NCBI GenBank assembly: GCA_002306085.1
Contig: DBRS01000017.1
Coordinates: forward strand, 1,482-65,481
Direction: 5' to 3'
Length of the DNA stretch: 64,000 bases
DNA from: Candidatus Moranbacteria bacterium UBA1362
Lineage (GTDB): Bacteria; Patescibacteriota; Minisyncoccia; Moranbacterales; GWC2-37-73
The translations under genes were made by a program, and so were the position numbers. Shown here piece after piece: positions 19,248-29,569 of this stretch (position 1 is its first letter; every line of letters starts with the position of its first letter). Below the pieces are notes generated by a model. The model saw nothing but the letters and a program-made list of their open reading frames with translations, was not told the DNA's origin and ran no database searches.

Positions 19248-21881
19248 CTACCTCCCACAGCACTTCTTGTATTTCTTTCCGCTGCCGCAAGGACACGGAT
19301 CATTTCTTCCAACTTTGCTTTTGTTGATAATTGGCTGCTGCGGAGCAGGAGCTTCTCCTGTTTCAGTTTCTTTCGCCGCACCGAACTGCGAGACACTTTC
19401 TTCAGCGCCCTTATACTGGACATTTTTCGGCTGCTGCGGTTGCTGCGGACCTGCTGAAACCAACGAAACCCTAAAAATTGTTTTCACGGTTGTCGATCGC
19501 ATATTTTCAACAAGATGTGAAAACAAATTGTATGCCTCTTTCTTGTACTCAACAAGCGGATCGCGCTGCCCATATCCCCTGAGACCGATTCCCTGCCGCA
19601 AGTAGTCAATTTCATCAAGATGGTTCATCCAAAGAGTGTCTATGGTCTGCAGGATTACCGCCTTTTCAACTTGCCTCATAACTTCAGGACCGATTTCTTT
19701 TTCCTTTTGAATATATGCTTCTTTTGCTTTGCCTATCGCATATTCTGTCATTGCGGAAATTTTTTCAGCCACATCTTTGGCCTTATCGCTCCTGATGCCC
19801 TCAATTTTTTTGCGGTCTTGTCCTGAAAAAGGAAAAACATTTTGCAGTTCGGTGGAAATTAATTCCATGTTCCAGTCCTGTTCTTCTCCTACGCATTGAT
19901 TGGCAACAGTCCTCTCAATTTCTTCCTCTATGTAATTCGTCATCTCTTGCCTTGCGTCTTTGGATGCCAATATTTCTTTGCGTTTCTTGTAGATGACTTC
20001 ACGCTGCTTGTTCATCACGTCGTCATAGTCAAGCACGTGCTTTCGGATGTCGAAGTTATATCCTTCAATTTTCGATTGAGCGCTTTCAATTGTTTTAGAA
20101 ATGATTGAATTCTGGATAGGCTGATCTTCCGGAAGGCCAAGATTGTCCATCATATTCTTCAACTTATCACCACCAAATCTTCGCATAAGCTCATCCTCAA
20201 GTGAAACATAGAATTGGCTCATTCCCGGATCGCCCTGGCGACCGGCACGACCGCGAAGCTGATTGTCGATGCGCCGCGCCTCATGGCGTTCCGTTCCGAT
20301 AATATATAGTCCGCCAACCTCCCTCACTCCTTCTCCAAGTTTTATGTCTGTTCCGCGGCCGGCCATGTTGGTCGCGATTGTGACAGCGCCTTTCTGTCCC
20401 GCATTGGTAATGATGGAAGCTTCTTTTTCGTGATGCTTCGCGTTTAAAACTTCATGTTTGATGCCTTCGCGTTCAAGAAGCGCGCTCAGATATTCCGATT
20501 TCTCAATAGCAATCGTTCCGACCAAAAGAGGCTGTCCCTTTTTGTTCGCTTCTTTGATAAGCTCGACAATCGCATCGAATTTTCCTTTCTCAGTCTTATA
20601 GACCACATCCGGAAGATCTTTCCTGATCATCTGTTTGTTTGTCGGAATCTCGAGAACATCAAGCTTATATACTTTCGCAAATTCCTCCGCGCTTGTTGAC
20701 GCTGTTCCTGTCATTCCGGCAAGCTTCTTGTACATCCTGAAATAGTTCTGAAAAGTTATCGTCGCGAGTGTCCTGGATTCTTTCTGCACTTCCACACGTT
20801 CTTTTGCTTCGATTGCCTGATGCAGTCCGTCGCTGTAACGCCTTCCTTCCATGAGGCGTCCCGTAAAATCATCAACAATGATTACTTGACCGTCCTTCAC
20901 GACATAGTCACGATCACGCTTGAAAATCACCTGCGCTTTCAAAGACTGTTCAAGATGATGGACATAGTTTATCTTACCTACTTCGTAGATATTACCGACT
21001 CCAAGCTCTTTTTCAACTTTGGAAATTCCGGCTTCCGTGAGAGTCGCAGCTTTCATCTTTTCATCGACTTCATAATCTTCTTTTTCTTTGAGACGCGGAA
21101 CGATCTGCGCAAAGCGCTGATAGAGTTTCGTCGATTCGCTGTCGGGAGCGGAAATGATCAAAGGGGTTCTTGCTTCATCTATAAGTATCGAGTCAACTTC
21201 ATCCACAATCGCATAGTTCAATTCCCTTTGTGACATCTGATCAAGGCTCTGCACCATGTTGTCGCGGAGATAGTCAAAACCAAATTCATTATTAGTTCCG
21301 TACGTGATGTCTGCGGCATATGCCTCCCTACGCGTAATCTCCTTAAGATTTTCCATCTCAACGCTGACTTCATTCTTGTCGATCACTTTCGGTTCATAAA
21401 CATATGAAACGTCATGCATGATGCACGCAGTCGAAAGTCCCAACGCGTGATAGATCGAGCCCATCCAGTTGCAATCGCGTTTTGCGAGATAATCGTTGAC
21501 CGTTATCACGTGTACGCCTTTTCCTTCAATAGCATTAAGATATATAGCAAGAGTCGATGTCAGCGTTTTTCCTTCACCGGTCTTCATTTCAGTTATGGTT
21601 CCCTTATGAAGCGCTATCCCTCCCATGAGCTGAACGTCGTAGTGCCGTTCGCCAATGATCCTTTTTGCCGTTTCACGAACGACTGCAAATGCCTCAGGCA
21701 AAATATCGTCAAGAGTTTCGCCTTTTTTGAGCCTTTCCCTGAATTCATCGGTTTTAGTCTTGAGCCCTTCATCGGAAAGCGCAGATATTTTTTCTTCCCA
21801 CGCATTAACAGCCGCAACGATCGGCTGCAGCCTCCTTATTTCCCTCTCATTTGATCCAAATATCTTGCTTAAAAAATCCAT
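19248..21881 (-). CDS. secA: Preprotein translocase ATPase SecA
   Basis: DEAD-like motor domains, C-terminal zinc finger [14 protein letters not shown]. Confidence 0.92.
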   Translation of the reverse strand: MDFLSKIFGSNEREIRRLQPIVAAVNAWEEKISALSDEGLKTKTDEFRERLKKGETLDDILPEAFAVVRETAKRIIGERHYDVQLMGGIALHKGTITEMKTGEGKTLTSTLAIYLNAIEGKGVHVITVNDYLAKRDCNWMGSIYHALGLSTACIMHDVSYVYEPKVIDKNEVSVEMENLKEITRREAYAADITYGTNNEFGFDYLRDNMVQSLDQMSQRELNYAIVDEVDSILIDEARTPLIISAPDSESTKLYQRFAQIVPRLKEKEDYEVDEKMKAATLTEAGISKVEKELGVGNIYEVGKINYVHHLEQSLKAQVIFKRDRDYVVKDGQVIIVDDFTGRLMEGRRYSDGLHQAIEAKERVEVQKESRTLATITFQNYFRMYKKLAGMTGTASTSAEEFAKVYKLDVLEIPTNKQMIRKDLPDVVYKTEKGKFDAIVELIKEANKKGQPLLVGTIAIEKSEYLSALLEREGIKHEVLNAKHHEKEASIITNAGQKGAVTIATNMAGRGTDIKLGEGVREVGGLYIIGTERHEARRIDNQLRGRAGRQGDPGMSQFYVSLEDELMRRFGGDKLKNMMDNLGLPEDQPIQNSIISKTIESAQSKIEGYNFDIRKHVLDYDDVMNKQREVIYKKRKEILASKDARQEMTNYIEEEIERTVANQCVGEEQDWNMELISTELQNVFPFSGQDRKKIEGIRSDKAKDVAEKISAMTEYAIGKAKEAYIQKEKEIGPEVMRQVEKAVILQTIDTLWMNHLDEIDYLRQGIGLRGYGQRDPLVEYKKEAYNLFSHLVENMRSTTVKTIFRVSLVSAGPQQPQQPKNVQYKGAEESVSQFGAAKETETGEAPAPQQPIINKSKVGRNDPCPCGSGKKYKKCCGR

Positions 21882-22031
21882 ACAATAGTTTTTAGAAATT
21901 CAGCATGTTTAAAAGTTAGTCAAGTAGATTTAAATTGTACTTCTTGATGAACTTGTTGCTTGATAAAAATATAATCAGGGCTCCGCCAGAAGCCAATATA
22001 CATTACGTCTTCAAAATCGCTTTCTTTGCAC

Positions 22032-22060
22032 ATTTTATACCCAAAAAAGCCCCGAGTCAA
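22032..22060 (-). promoter_or_regulatory. Putative sigma-70-type promoter for secA (-35 TTGACT, 17-bp spacer, -10 TAAAAT) overlapping a hairpin
   Basis: minus-strand TTGACTcggggcttttttgggTATAAAAT ~150 nt upstream of the secA ATG. Confidence 0.3.
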
Positions 22061-22208
22061 AGGCTTTCCATATTATAAATACGACCTATTTTTACTGCCG
22101 CATATACTATTATGTATGGCAGCGGATGCATTATCTTATTTGCCATTAACTTTTTTAACAACAACTTGGGTCAAAGGATTCTTGGTAAGGAGTATGGTAA
22201 GTAATATA

Positions 22209-22610
22209 TTACTTACTTATACAGCCCTCTTCCCATGTTCTTAGGCATTTTTGTTTTTCTTCGCACCAAACGTAGCCTGCAGAACCTATGCACCCGTGTT
22301 CATCCCGATCGTTTCCGACCACTTGTTGCGGACCGTTGTTCACTGCATCCTGTTTGCCGTTTTCCGGACATGGCGCAAATTCACAACTCGGTCCTGTCCT
22401 GCCGACGCTAGATCCGTCAGGACAAATTTTCGCTTCTTCCGTACAAGCCCTTTGATGATCATCACCTGCTGGTTGTTGGCCATTTATCTTATTCTGCCAA
22501 TAAAATACTCCTCCTATTGCAACAGCAACTAATAAAATTATTCCTACTGCAACTTCGCTTGCGATTTTTTTGTTCATATTTTTGCAAAATTTATCGGCCG
22601 TAAACTGCAC
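22209..22610 (-). CDS. Small Cys-rich secreted/anchored protein (likely true start at second Met, ~22577)
   Basis: signal-anchor MNKKIASEVAVGIILLVAVAIGG then an 8-Cys domain. Confidence 0.5.
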   Translation of the reverse strand: MQFTADKFCKNMNKKIASEVAVGIILLVAVAIGGVFYWQNKINGQQPAGDDHQRACTEEAKICPDGSSVGRTGPSCEFAPCPENGKQDAVNNGPQQVVGNDRDEHGCIGSAGYVWCEEKQKCLRTWEEGCISK

Positions 22611-22611
22611 A

Positions 22612-22962
22612 TTATTCCTCCCCGACCATTTTCTTCTTGAGATCTCTCGCTCCCTTCTTCTGAAGAGTCTCGGTCTTGCCTTTTACGTGTGTGATCTGAT
22701 TTTGGAGCTCATCAACAACCATATCAACGGAGCCCTCAATGCTGTCCGTCGTGTTGTCGGCCCTAAACATGTCGCGCGGAGTAAACAGCATCACCTCAAC
22801 TCTGAATTTTCCCTTTTTGTCCTTATCAATTTCCACTTCAGCTTTCAGTATATTTTCAATATACCTGTCCAAACCGTTCAGCCGTTTCCTCACATATCCC
22901 TCGGTCCTTTCATCGATCTTCACGCCTTTGAACAAAAATTTCATGTTTTCTTTGATTGCCAT
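22612..22962 (-). CDS. hpf: Ribosome hibernation promoting factor / RaiA family
   Basis: sigma-54 modulation protein / S30EA-family fold-length and motif pattern (FKGVKIDE..., EVEI..KGKFRVEV). Confidence 0.75.
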   Translation of the reverse strand: MAIKENMKFLFKGVKIDERTEGYVRKRLNGLDRYIENILKAEVEIDKDKKGKFRVEVMLFTPRDMFRADNTTDSIEGSVDMVVDELQNQITHVKGKTETLQKKGARDLKKKMVGEE

Positions 22963-23008
22963 GATTTTATTTTTAAATTATTAACAGATAACAAATTAAA
23001 ATAGCTTA

Positions 23009-23971
23009 TTAAAACCCGACATAATTAACTTCTTCCTGCAGCTGCACTCCGAACTTGCTGCGAATCTGTTGCTTGATAAAACTTGCCAATATTATTACAT
23101 TTTCGGCAGTGGCATTATCCGCGTTTATCAGGAAGTTGCCATGCTTCTCGCTAACAGCAGCCCCTCCGATTTTTTTCCCGCAGAGACCGGCTCTTTCAAT
23201 CAGCCACCCGGCCGGGATGGTGCTGCCCCTCAGCCGCTGTCCGGTATCTTTTTCGAATTCAGATCTCAATTTTTCATCAGACACTTCGGGATTCATAAAA
23301 AATGAACCGGCACTCTTGAGACCATAGAGTCCACTGCTGTTCCTTTTGGAAAGTAATTCCTTCACCTTTTGCAGAAGCTCCTCTGAGTTTCCTTTTTCCA
23401 AAACAAAACTCACTGAAACAATAATGAGATGCTTGTTTTTCTTAAAGATACTCTTCCTGTATCCGAATTCCGACTCTTCTTTCCCGTACTCTTTTTCCTG
23501 AGATGTCTTAGCATCAAAAACGCTGATGCTTTTTATGCGTTCGCTTATTTCCGATCCATACGCTCCGGCATTGCCGCGCACGGCTCCTCCCAATGTTCCG
23601 GGAATTCCGGCAAGCGATTCCAAGCCTGCAAGACCGGCTTCCGCAACAGCATTTACGATTCCCAAAAGAGACGCACCTGCCCCCGCCGTCACTTCATTTC
23701 CTTCTATTTTCACTCTTTCGTTCCTAATCCTAATAATTAATCCGGAAAATCCTTTGTCACTGAACAAAACATTCGTGCCGCCTCCGAGAACATAGAAATC
23801 AAGCCTGTTTTCCTTTGCAAACTTCAAGGCTTCTTTGAGCTCACTGACAGTTTTTACTTCCGCATAAAAATCAGCGTTTCCGCCGATCTTGAAAGAGGAC
23901 ATCGGCGCTAACGGCGCATTTTTTTCGATATTGATCATTTGTTTTTGATTAGTTTTGTTTGTTAATTTCAA
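23009..23971 (-). CDS. murB: UDP-N-acetylenolpyruvoylglucosamine reductase
   Basis: FAD-binding GGGTNVL motif, MurB C-terminal domain; overlaps murC by 23 nt. Confidence 0.85.
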   Translation of the reverse strand: MKLTNKTNQKQMINIEKNAPLAPMSSFKIGGNADFYAEVKTVSELKEALKFAKENRLDFYVLGGGTNVLFSDKGFSGLIIRIRNERVKIEGNEVTAGAGASLLGIVNAVAEAGLAGLESLAGIPGTLGGAVRGNAGAYGSEISERIKSISVFDAKTSQEKEYGKEESEFGYRKSIFKKNKHLIIVSVSFVLEKGNSEELLQKVKELLSKRNSSGLYGLKSAGSFFMNPEVSDEKLRSEFEKDTGQRLRGSTIPAGWLIERAGLCGKKIGGAAVSEKHGNFLINADNATAENVIILASFIKQQIRSKFGVQLQEEVNYVGF

Positions 23972-25385
23972 CCAGTTTCTTCGCTATTTTCCAAACATCG
24001 CCCGCTCCCATCGTGATAAGCACGTCATATCTTCCATAAGTTTCGACAAGATAACGCACTGCCTCATCCATTGTCGGAATATAGTCGGCACGTCCAGGAA
24101 GATATTTGTTGATCAATTCTACCAGATCCTTTGAAGAAATTCCGCCATGAAGTTCGCGAACACTTCCGTAGATATCAATCACTATCACTCTATCCGTATC
24201 TTCAAAGCTTTGCGAAAATTCCTGAAGTAAGGCTTTTGTTCTTGTGAACGTGTGCGGATGAAAAACCGTCCATATGTTTTTTTCCGGGAAATATCCGCGC
24301 GCTCCCTGAAGGGTCGCTTTTATTTCATCAGGATGATGCGCGTAATCATCAATCACAATAACATCTTGAAACATTCCAACCTTTTCAAATCTCCTCGATG
24401 TTCCCTTAAATTCCTTAATTGCCTTTCTGATTTTTTCTATGTCCAGTTTCATCTCGAAACAAAGGGCAATGACGGATGCCGCGTTGAGCACGTTATGCCT
24501 CCCAACAAGCGCGATTTCAAAGTTTCCCAAATTCTTGTCTTCACAGACAATTTCAAAGCTTTGCGTTCCGCCTTTTTCCATGCTTTTTTGTTCATGGTTC
24601 ACAATTCTATAATAATTATCCTCTCCAAAACCGTAGGTGACTACAGGGCAACGCGCATTTTCGGCAATTTCCAGCGTATCACTGCTGTCTCCCCAAACGA
24701 CCAAGAAGCCCGTAATCGGGATTTTTTTCACAAACTCCCTGAAAACATCTTTATAAGACGAAAAATTAACGAAAAAATCCGGATGATCCCAGTCCACACT
24801 CGCAAGAATAACGGACCATGGATTATAATACTGAAGCTTGTTCTGATATTCGTCGGCTTCTGCTATGAAATATTCTCCTTTACCCAGAAGAACATTCGTT
24901 TTCCAATCTGCAACCTGGCTTCCCACCAGAGCGATCGGCGAAGCATTAAGTTTCAACATCACGTCGGCGAGCAGCGCCGTCGTCGTTGTTTTTCCGTGAG
25001 TGCCGCAAACTGCTATGCCCGCTTTTTCATTAAAAAGTCTTCCGAGCGCTTCGCTGTAGGAATAAATTCGTATTCCCCTTTTCTTCAGTTCCGCAATTTC
25101 CACATTGTCATCGTTAAAAGCGCTCGATTTTATCGCAAATTCAATCCCGTCGGGAATGTTTTTTTTGTCGAAATTTTGAAAAACCTTAATATTTTTCCCC
25201 TCCAAAACACGCCAATAAAAATGATCCCCGTTATCGCTCCCCAAAACTTCATAACCCATGCTTGCATATATTTGAGCAAGCGCTGATGTTCCGGATCCTT
25301 CAATTCCCACAATATAGATTTTTCTCCGATTTTCCATATGCGTGTTTCTGAAAATGTTAAGCGATGTTTCAGGATACCATACCAC
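23949..25385 (-). CDS. murC: UDP-N-acetylmuramate--L-alanine ligase
   Basis: Mur ligase P-loop GTHGKTTTT; 478 aa. Confidence 0.88.
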   Translation of the reverse strand: MVWYPETSLNIFRNTHMENRRKIYIVGIEGSGTSALAQIYASMGYEVLGSDNGDHFYWRVLEGKNIKVFQNFDKKNIPDGIEFAIKSSAFNDDNVEIAELKKRGIRIYSYSEALGRLFNEKAGIAVCGTHGKTTTTALLADVMLKLNASPIALVGSQVADWKTNVLLGKGEYFIAEADEYQNKLQYYNPWSVILASVDWDHPDFFVNFSSYKDVFREFVKKIPITGFLVVWGDSSDTLEIAENARCPVVTYGFGEDNYYRIVNHEQKSMEKGGTQSFEIVCEDKNLGNFEIALVGRHNVLNAASVIALCFEMKLDIEKIRKAIKEFKGTSRRFEKVGMFQDVIVIDDYAHHPDEIKATLQGARGYFPEKNIWTVFHPHTFTRTKALLQEFSQSFEDTDRVIVIDIYGSVRELHGGISSKDLVELINKYLPGRADYIPTMDEAVRYLVETYGRYDVLITMGAGDVWKIAKKLVEINKQN

Positions 25386-25406
25386 AAGATATGCGCAACA
25401 AAAAAA

Positions 25407-26516
25407 TCAGGATTTCGCTATTTCAATCACGGCGTTCGCCACAACTTCGGCAGCATTCGGATGATAGAAAGTCTTTATTTTTTCAGACATTGCCTGATAC
25501 AAATCATTATCGCCCAAAATATAATCTACTTTATCAATCAATATATTCTCTACAAGATTGGGCTCTTCCAACACGATCGCCGCTCCTATTTTTGCAAGAG
25601 AATAGGCATTCATGCGCTGGTGGTCATTGGCGCTTTCAGCGATCGGAACCAGGATAGCCGGTTTAGCATTAGCAGCTATTTCTGTGATAAAAGTGGCTCC
25701 CGCACGACTTATCACTAGATCAGCAAGCGCAAACGAATCTCTGATCTGATTCGAGTTCATGAAGGGAACTGCAAAATATCCGCCACGCCCGCTTTTCACT
25801 CCCATATAAGCCGCATTACTTTTAACTTCGGCAAAGTTCGCTTCGCCTGTCTGATGGATGACCTGATAGCGCTGTAGAAGTTTTGGCAAAATTTTGACAA
25901 TCGCATCATTTATAACTTTTGAACCCTGGCTTCCGCCCAGGACCAGGACGGTCTTCTTCCCTTCGGTGAAATTCAGCTGGTTGCGCAGCATAACAGGATC
26001 CCCATCAGTGACCTGAAAACGAATCGGATTTCCAATGAGGGCTGTTTTTTCTTTCGGAAAATATTCTCCAGCAGAAGGATAGGCAATGGCAATACGCCTC
26101 GCAAATTTCGACAAAAATCTATTCGCGGTTCCGGGAATCGAATCGGATTCATGAATCATGACCGGTATGCGATAGACCCACGCAGCCAAAACGACAGGAA
26201 TTGCAACATATCCGCCTTTGGAGAACACAGCATCGGGCATATATCTCAGAAGTATCCACAGTGACTGAAAAAACCCCACAGGCACTCTGAAAAAATCAAT
26301 GAAATTCTGCAGCGAAAAATATCTTCTCATTTTTCCGCTTTGCACAAATTTTACGGGGATATTCTCCTCCGCCATCATTTTCTTTTCCATTTCGGCGCCA
26401 GACCCGATATACAGAATATCCGCCTCCGGTCCGAGCTTCTCCTTTATCTTTTTTGCAACTGCTATAAGGGGCGTTAAATGCCCTCCTGTTCCGCCTCCGG
26501 TCAATACTATACGCAT
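25407..26516 (-). CDS. murG: Undecaprenyl-PP-MurNAc-pentapeptide-UDP-GlcNAc GlcNAc transferase
   Basis: GT28 architecture, N-terminal GGTGGH motif. Confidence 0.88.
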   Translation of the reverse strand: MRIVLTGGGTGGHLTPLIAVAKKIKEKLGPEADILYIGSGAEMEKKMMAEENIPVKFVQSGKMRRYFSLQNFIDFFRVPVGFFQSLWILLRYMPDAVFSKGGYVAIPVVLAAWVYRIPVMIHESDSIPGTANRFLSKFARRIAIAYPSAGEYFPKEKTALIGNPIRFQVTDGDPVMLRNQLNFTEGKKTVLVLGGSQGSKVINDAIVKILPKLLQRYQVIHQTGEANFAEVKSNAAYMGVKSGRGGYFAVPFMNSNQIRDSFALADLVISRAGATFITEIAANAKPAILVPIAESANDHQRMNAYSLAKIGAAIVLEEPNLVENILIDKVDYILGDNDLYQAMSEKIKTFYHPNAAEVVANAVIEIAKS

Positions 26517-26675
26517 AGAAATTTGATTGATTATTAGTTACACAGGCAATAAATTTGGTTTTTGGCCACAAACCCTTAATGACCAATAATAGGTGACTTG
26601 TTCTACATCTAATGACTTATCAGCTTATAGTTTTATTTAATAATATCAATTTTACATCGAAAAATCCAATATTTT

Positions 26676-27776
26676 TTATATTCTCGAATGCCTGGACAAG
26701 TTAAGCAAAATTCCTACAGCCGACATCAAAAACACCAGCGACGTTCCTCCATAACTTATAAAAGGCATGGGAACTCCGGTTAACGGCACCAGTGCAACGT
26801 TGGCGCTTATGTTTATGAATGCCTGAAACACGATCCACATGGTTATGCCTATAGCCAGAAGCCGTCCGAAAAAATCAGGCGCGTTTTTTGCGATCTTTAT
26901 ACCCCTCAGGGCAAGCATAAAGAACAGGATAATTAACACCGACGCTCCTAATATTCCCAACTCTTCGCCTATTATCGCAAAAATGGAATCCCCCACCGGT
27001 TCGGGAAGATAGTTAAATTTCTGCCTGCTATGACCGAGCCCTACTCCCAAAATCCCTCCCGATCCTATCGCAAGCAAAGCCTGATTTATCTGATAGCCCG
27101 TTCCTTGAGGATCAGCCTGCGGATTTAAAAACGTCATTATCCGGTTTAACCGATAAGGCTCCAGTTTAATCAGCACCCAAAGAATAAGCAAACCCATCAG
27201 ACCCAACAAGCCTATATGCCTGAAATTCGCTCCTGCCACAAAAAAAATAGCCAGCGAAGTCAACACTATTATGCCAAAGGTTCCCGTATCAGGTTGATTC
27301 ATAATAAGAACTCCTATCAATCCCAATATTCCGACAAACGGGAGCAGTCCTTCATAGACATCCTTTATTCTATTTATTCCTCGGCTCTCCAGCCATGCAG
27401 CCAGATATAAAACCATGGACAATTTGGCCATTTCTGAAGGCTGAAATGAGAAAGGACCGAGCTGTATCCAACGGCTTGCGCCGTACACCTTCGATCCAAT
27501 TCCTGGCACAAAAACCAAAAGCAGGAAAATTATCGACAAAAAAAAGAAAGGCACTGATATTTTTTTCCAAAAAGAATAATTTATTTTCGAAAAAAAATAT
27601 AGCGCGGCCAAGCCTGGAATGACCCCGTAAATCAGCTGATGCTTGAAAAAATAATATTTGTCTTCAAAGCGCGTCTCGCTATAGATCACTCCCGCACTCG
27701 CTATCATGACCAAGCCGAAAACAAGAAGGATCAAGACGATACTCAGCAATATTTTGTCAGCATTTCTTGAATGCAT
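26676..27776 (-). CDS. ftsW: SEDS-family peptidoglycan glycosyltransferase FtsW/RodA
   Basis: 10-TM SEDS protein adjacent to murG. Confidence 0.8.
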   Translation of the reverse strand: MHSRNADKILLSIVLILLVFGLVMIASAGVIYSETRFEDKYYFFKHQLIYGVIPGLAALYFFSKINYSFWKKISVPFFFLSIIFLLLVFVPGIGSKVYGASRWIQLGPFSFQPSEMAKLSMVLYLAAWLESRGINRIKDVYEGLLPFVGILGLIGVLIMNQPDTGTFGIIVLTSLAIFFVAGANFRHIGLLGLMGLLILWVLIKLEPYRLNRIMTFLNPQADPQGTGYQINQALLAIGSGGILGVGLGHSRQKFNYLPEPVGDSIFAIIGEELGILGASVLIILFFMLALRGIKIAKNAPDFFGRLLAIGITMWIVFQAFINISANVALVPLTGVPMPFISYGGTSLVFLMSAVGILLNLSRHSRI

Positions 27777-27862
27777 GGGAATAACTAATTATCAATAACT
27801 ATATTAATAAAACTTATAATCTTTTTACAAATCCTGCTAACTTGATAAGTTTTATAAACTTT

Positions 27863-29464
27863 TTAGCTCACGTTCAATCCCGTTGGATTCGCCGGCGCGG
27901 CCATGTCAAGATCGGCATAATAACCCATATTGGGACAAATACTCGGATCCTGCAGATGAAAATTGCTTTGAGCGGCATCAACAAATATCGATTGCGGATC
28001 GCTTCTAATTATTATCAGCGAATCGGGATCGAAGCCGAAAATGTTCCGAGCTTGAGTATAGGTATAATGTTCCACTCCTGACGGCATATAACGGGAAGCA
28101 AATTGAAAATCCGAATGAGGAGAAATGAAGCAGTTGTTGTTTGATGTCACCTGCTGCAACAAAGATTCCGCCACGTTTTCGGCGTCGGTATAAACTTCGC
28201 TTTTTGAAATATACGCGGGAGTGTCCCAATTGGCCCCCTGAACCCTCGAATTCAAACCACAGAAAATATTGTTGCGGATCGTATGTCCGGTGCCAGTCCA
28301 CAAAGACATCAAAAGATCAAGCCCGACGAAAGTATTATACTCAACAGTGGCGTTTTGTCCGGCAATAGCAACCAACCTGGGATCATTCATGATACCGTCA
28401 CTGTTGTTTCCCATTGCCCTAAACCCCCTGTCAACATTGTAGCTGAGATTGCGCACAAAATGCATATTTGAAGCTACAATAGTGCCAAGGCTTCCGCAAT
28501 CATGAATAATATTGTTTTCTATAAGAACAGGTCCGGCGGTGCAATTCTTAAAAAAGAACGCTTGAGGAACTTCATATATTTCATTATTCTTTATTTCTAT
28601 ATATCCCGTTCCTCCGCCTTCAAATCCCAAATACGATTGCCTTGAAAGCATCGTTACTGCTCCAAAATGCTGCGCATCAATAACGCCGTCCCATTGGTTC
28701 GGTTGCTCCCAATCATATATTCCATGTAACTTGTTGCCGTGTATGAAAATATTATACGGGCCTCCCCAGTCTCCTCTGTCGATCCGGACAATTCCCGGAT
28801 TATCTCCGCCGTCACAGGCAATGTCATGAATATTGTTATTTTTTATAGTTATATCATGTGTTTGAGCACTTTGTGTTCCTCCTTCAACATTCACAATGCC
28901 ACCCATTATTTCAAATCCCTCGATAACCCAATATGCCTTGAGGCCCACCGTGACAGCTCTCTTGAAAACTTCGCCATTGGGAGGAAATCCGGGATCAAAC
29001 CTTTGATCCGTTAAATCCAAAATTGGGGTCTCACCCGGATAGTTTCTGACAGTAATCGGATTGTTTTCCGCACCGCTGGCTATGGAATACGCGGGATGAT
29101 TCGACGCCCAGCCGCTAAAGTCTTTTATGCTTATAAATCCATAAGCGTCCTTGAAGCAATATCCATCTGTTAGTTTCTGCCCTTCCGGACAACTGGTTGC
29201 GCCAGCGCTGCTGGCGTCTCTTGCAATGCCTCTCACCATCGCATTGTCAAAATCATACGTGCCGCCACGCGCATATATCGTGTCCCCCGCTTGCGCCCTT
29301 GTGAGCGCCGGTAAAAATGTCTTGAATGGTTCCACTATGGTTCCGGATGCGACATCGTTTCCGTCAGGTGCGACATAATATTCCGCCGCTTCGGAATTTT
29401 TCGTAAAGCAAAAAAAACTGAGAAAAAGCACTGATAAAATTAATTTTCGAGCATGTCTTTTCAT
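27863..29464 (-). CDS. Secreted right-handed parallel beta-helix protein 1 (pectate-lyase-like fold); start moved to second in-frame ATG (track start 29494)
   Basis: signal peptide MKRHARKLILSVLFLSFFCF...SEA; PbH1-type repeats (NNNIHD, NNIIHD); TTACGTAA repeats between the two ATGs. Confidence 0.7.
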   Translation of the reverse strand: MKRHARKLILSVLFLSFFCFTKNSEAAEYYVAPDGNDVASGTIVEPFKTFLPALTRAQAGDTIYARGGTYDFDNAMVRGIARDASSAGATSCPEGQKLTDGYCFKDAYGFISIKDFSGWASNHPAYSIASGAENNPITVRNYPGETPILDLTDQRFDPGFPPNGEVFKRAVTVGLKAYWVIEGFEIMGGIVNVEGGTQSAQTHDITIKNNNIHDIACDGGDNPGIVRIDRGDWGGPYNIFIHGNKLHGIYDWEQPNQWDGVIDAQHFGAVTMLSRQSYLGFEGGGTGYIEIKNNEIYEVPQAFFFKNCTAGPVLIENNIIHDCGSLGTIVASNMHFVRNLSYNVDRGFRAMGNNSDGIMNDPRLVAIAGQNATVEYNTFVGLDLLMSLWTGTGHTIRNNIFCGLNSRVQGANWDTPAYISKSEVYTDAENVAESLLQQVTSNNNCFISPHSDFQFASRYMPSGVEHYTYTQARNIFGFDPDSLIIIRSDPQSIFVDAAQSNFHLQDPSICPNMGYYADLDMAAPANPTGLNVS

Positions 29465-29468
29465 ATTT

Positions 29469-29502
29469 TTTACGTAAGGTTTTACGTAAAACATTACGTA
29501 CT
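29469..29502. promoter_or_regulatory. Three tandem TTACGTA(A/C) sites (12-bp spacing) at or overlapping the translation start of beta-helix protein 1
   Basis: TTTTTACGTAAGGTTTTACGTAAAACATTACGTACTT; 24-mer nearly identical to 47970-47993. Confidence 0.55.
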
Positions 29503-29569
29503 TATACCATTTTTATCGAAATCAGATTTTTCAGATGAGGAGTTTAATTCCCAAAACCTTTTTGTATTT

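Noticed and set aside
22046-22067. AAAGCC-loop-GGCTTT hairpin as terminator of the Cys-rich gene
   Set aside because: Lies 140 nt after the stop and coincides with a good -35/-10 pair for secA; more parsimoniously promoter-associated, reported only as low-confidence promoter.
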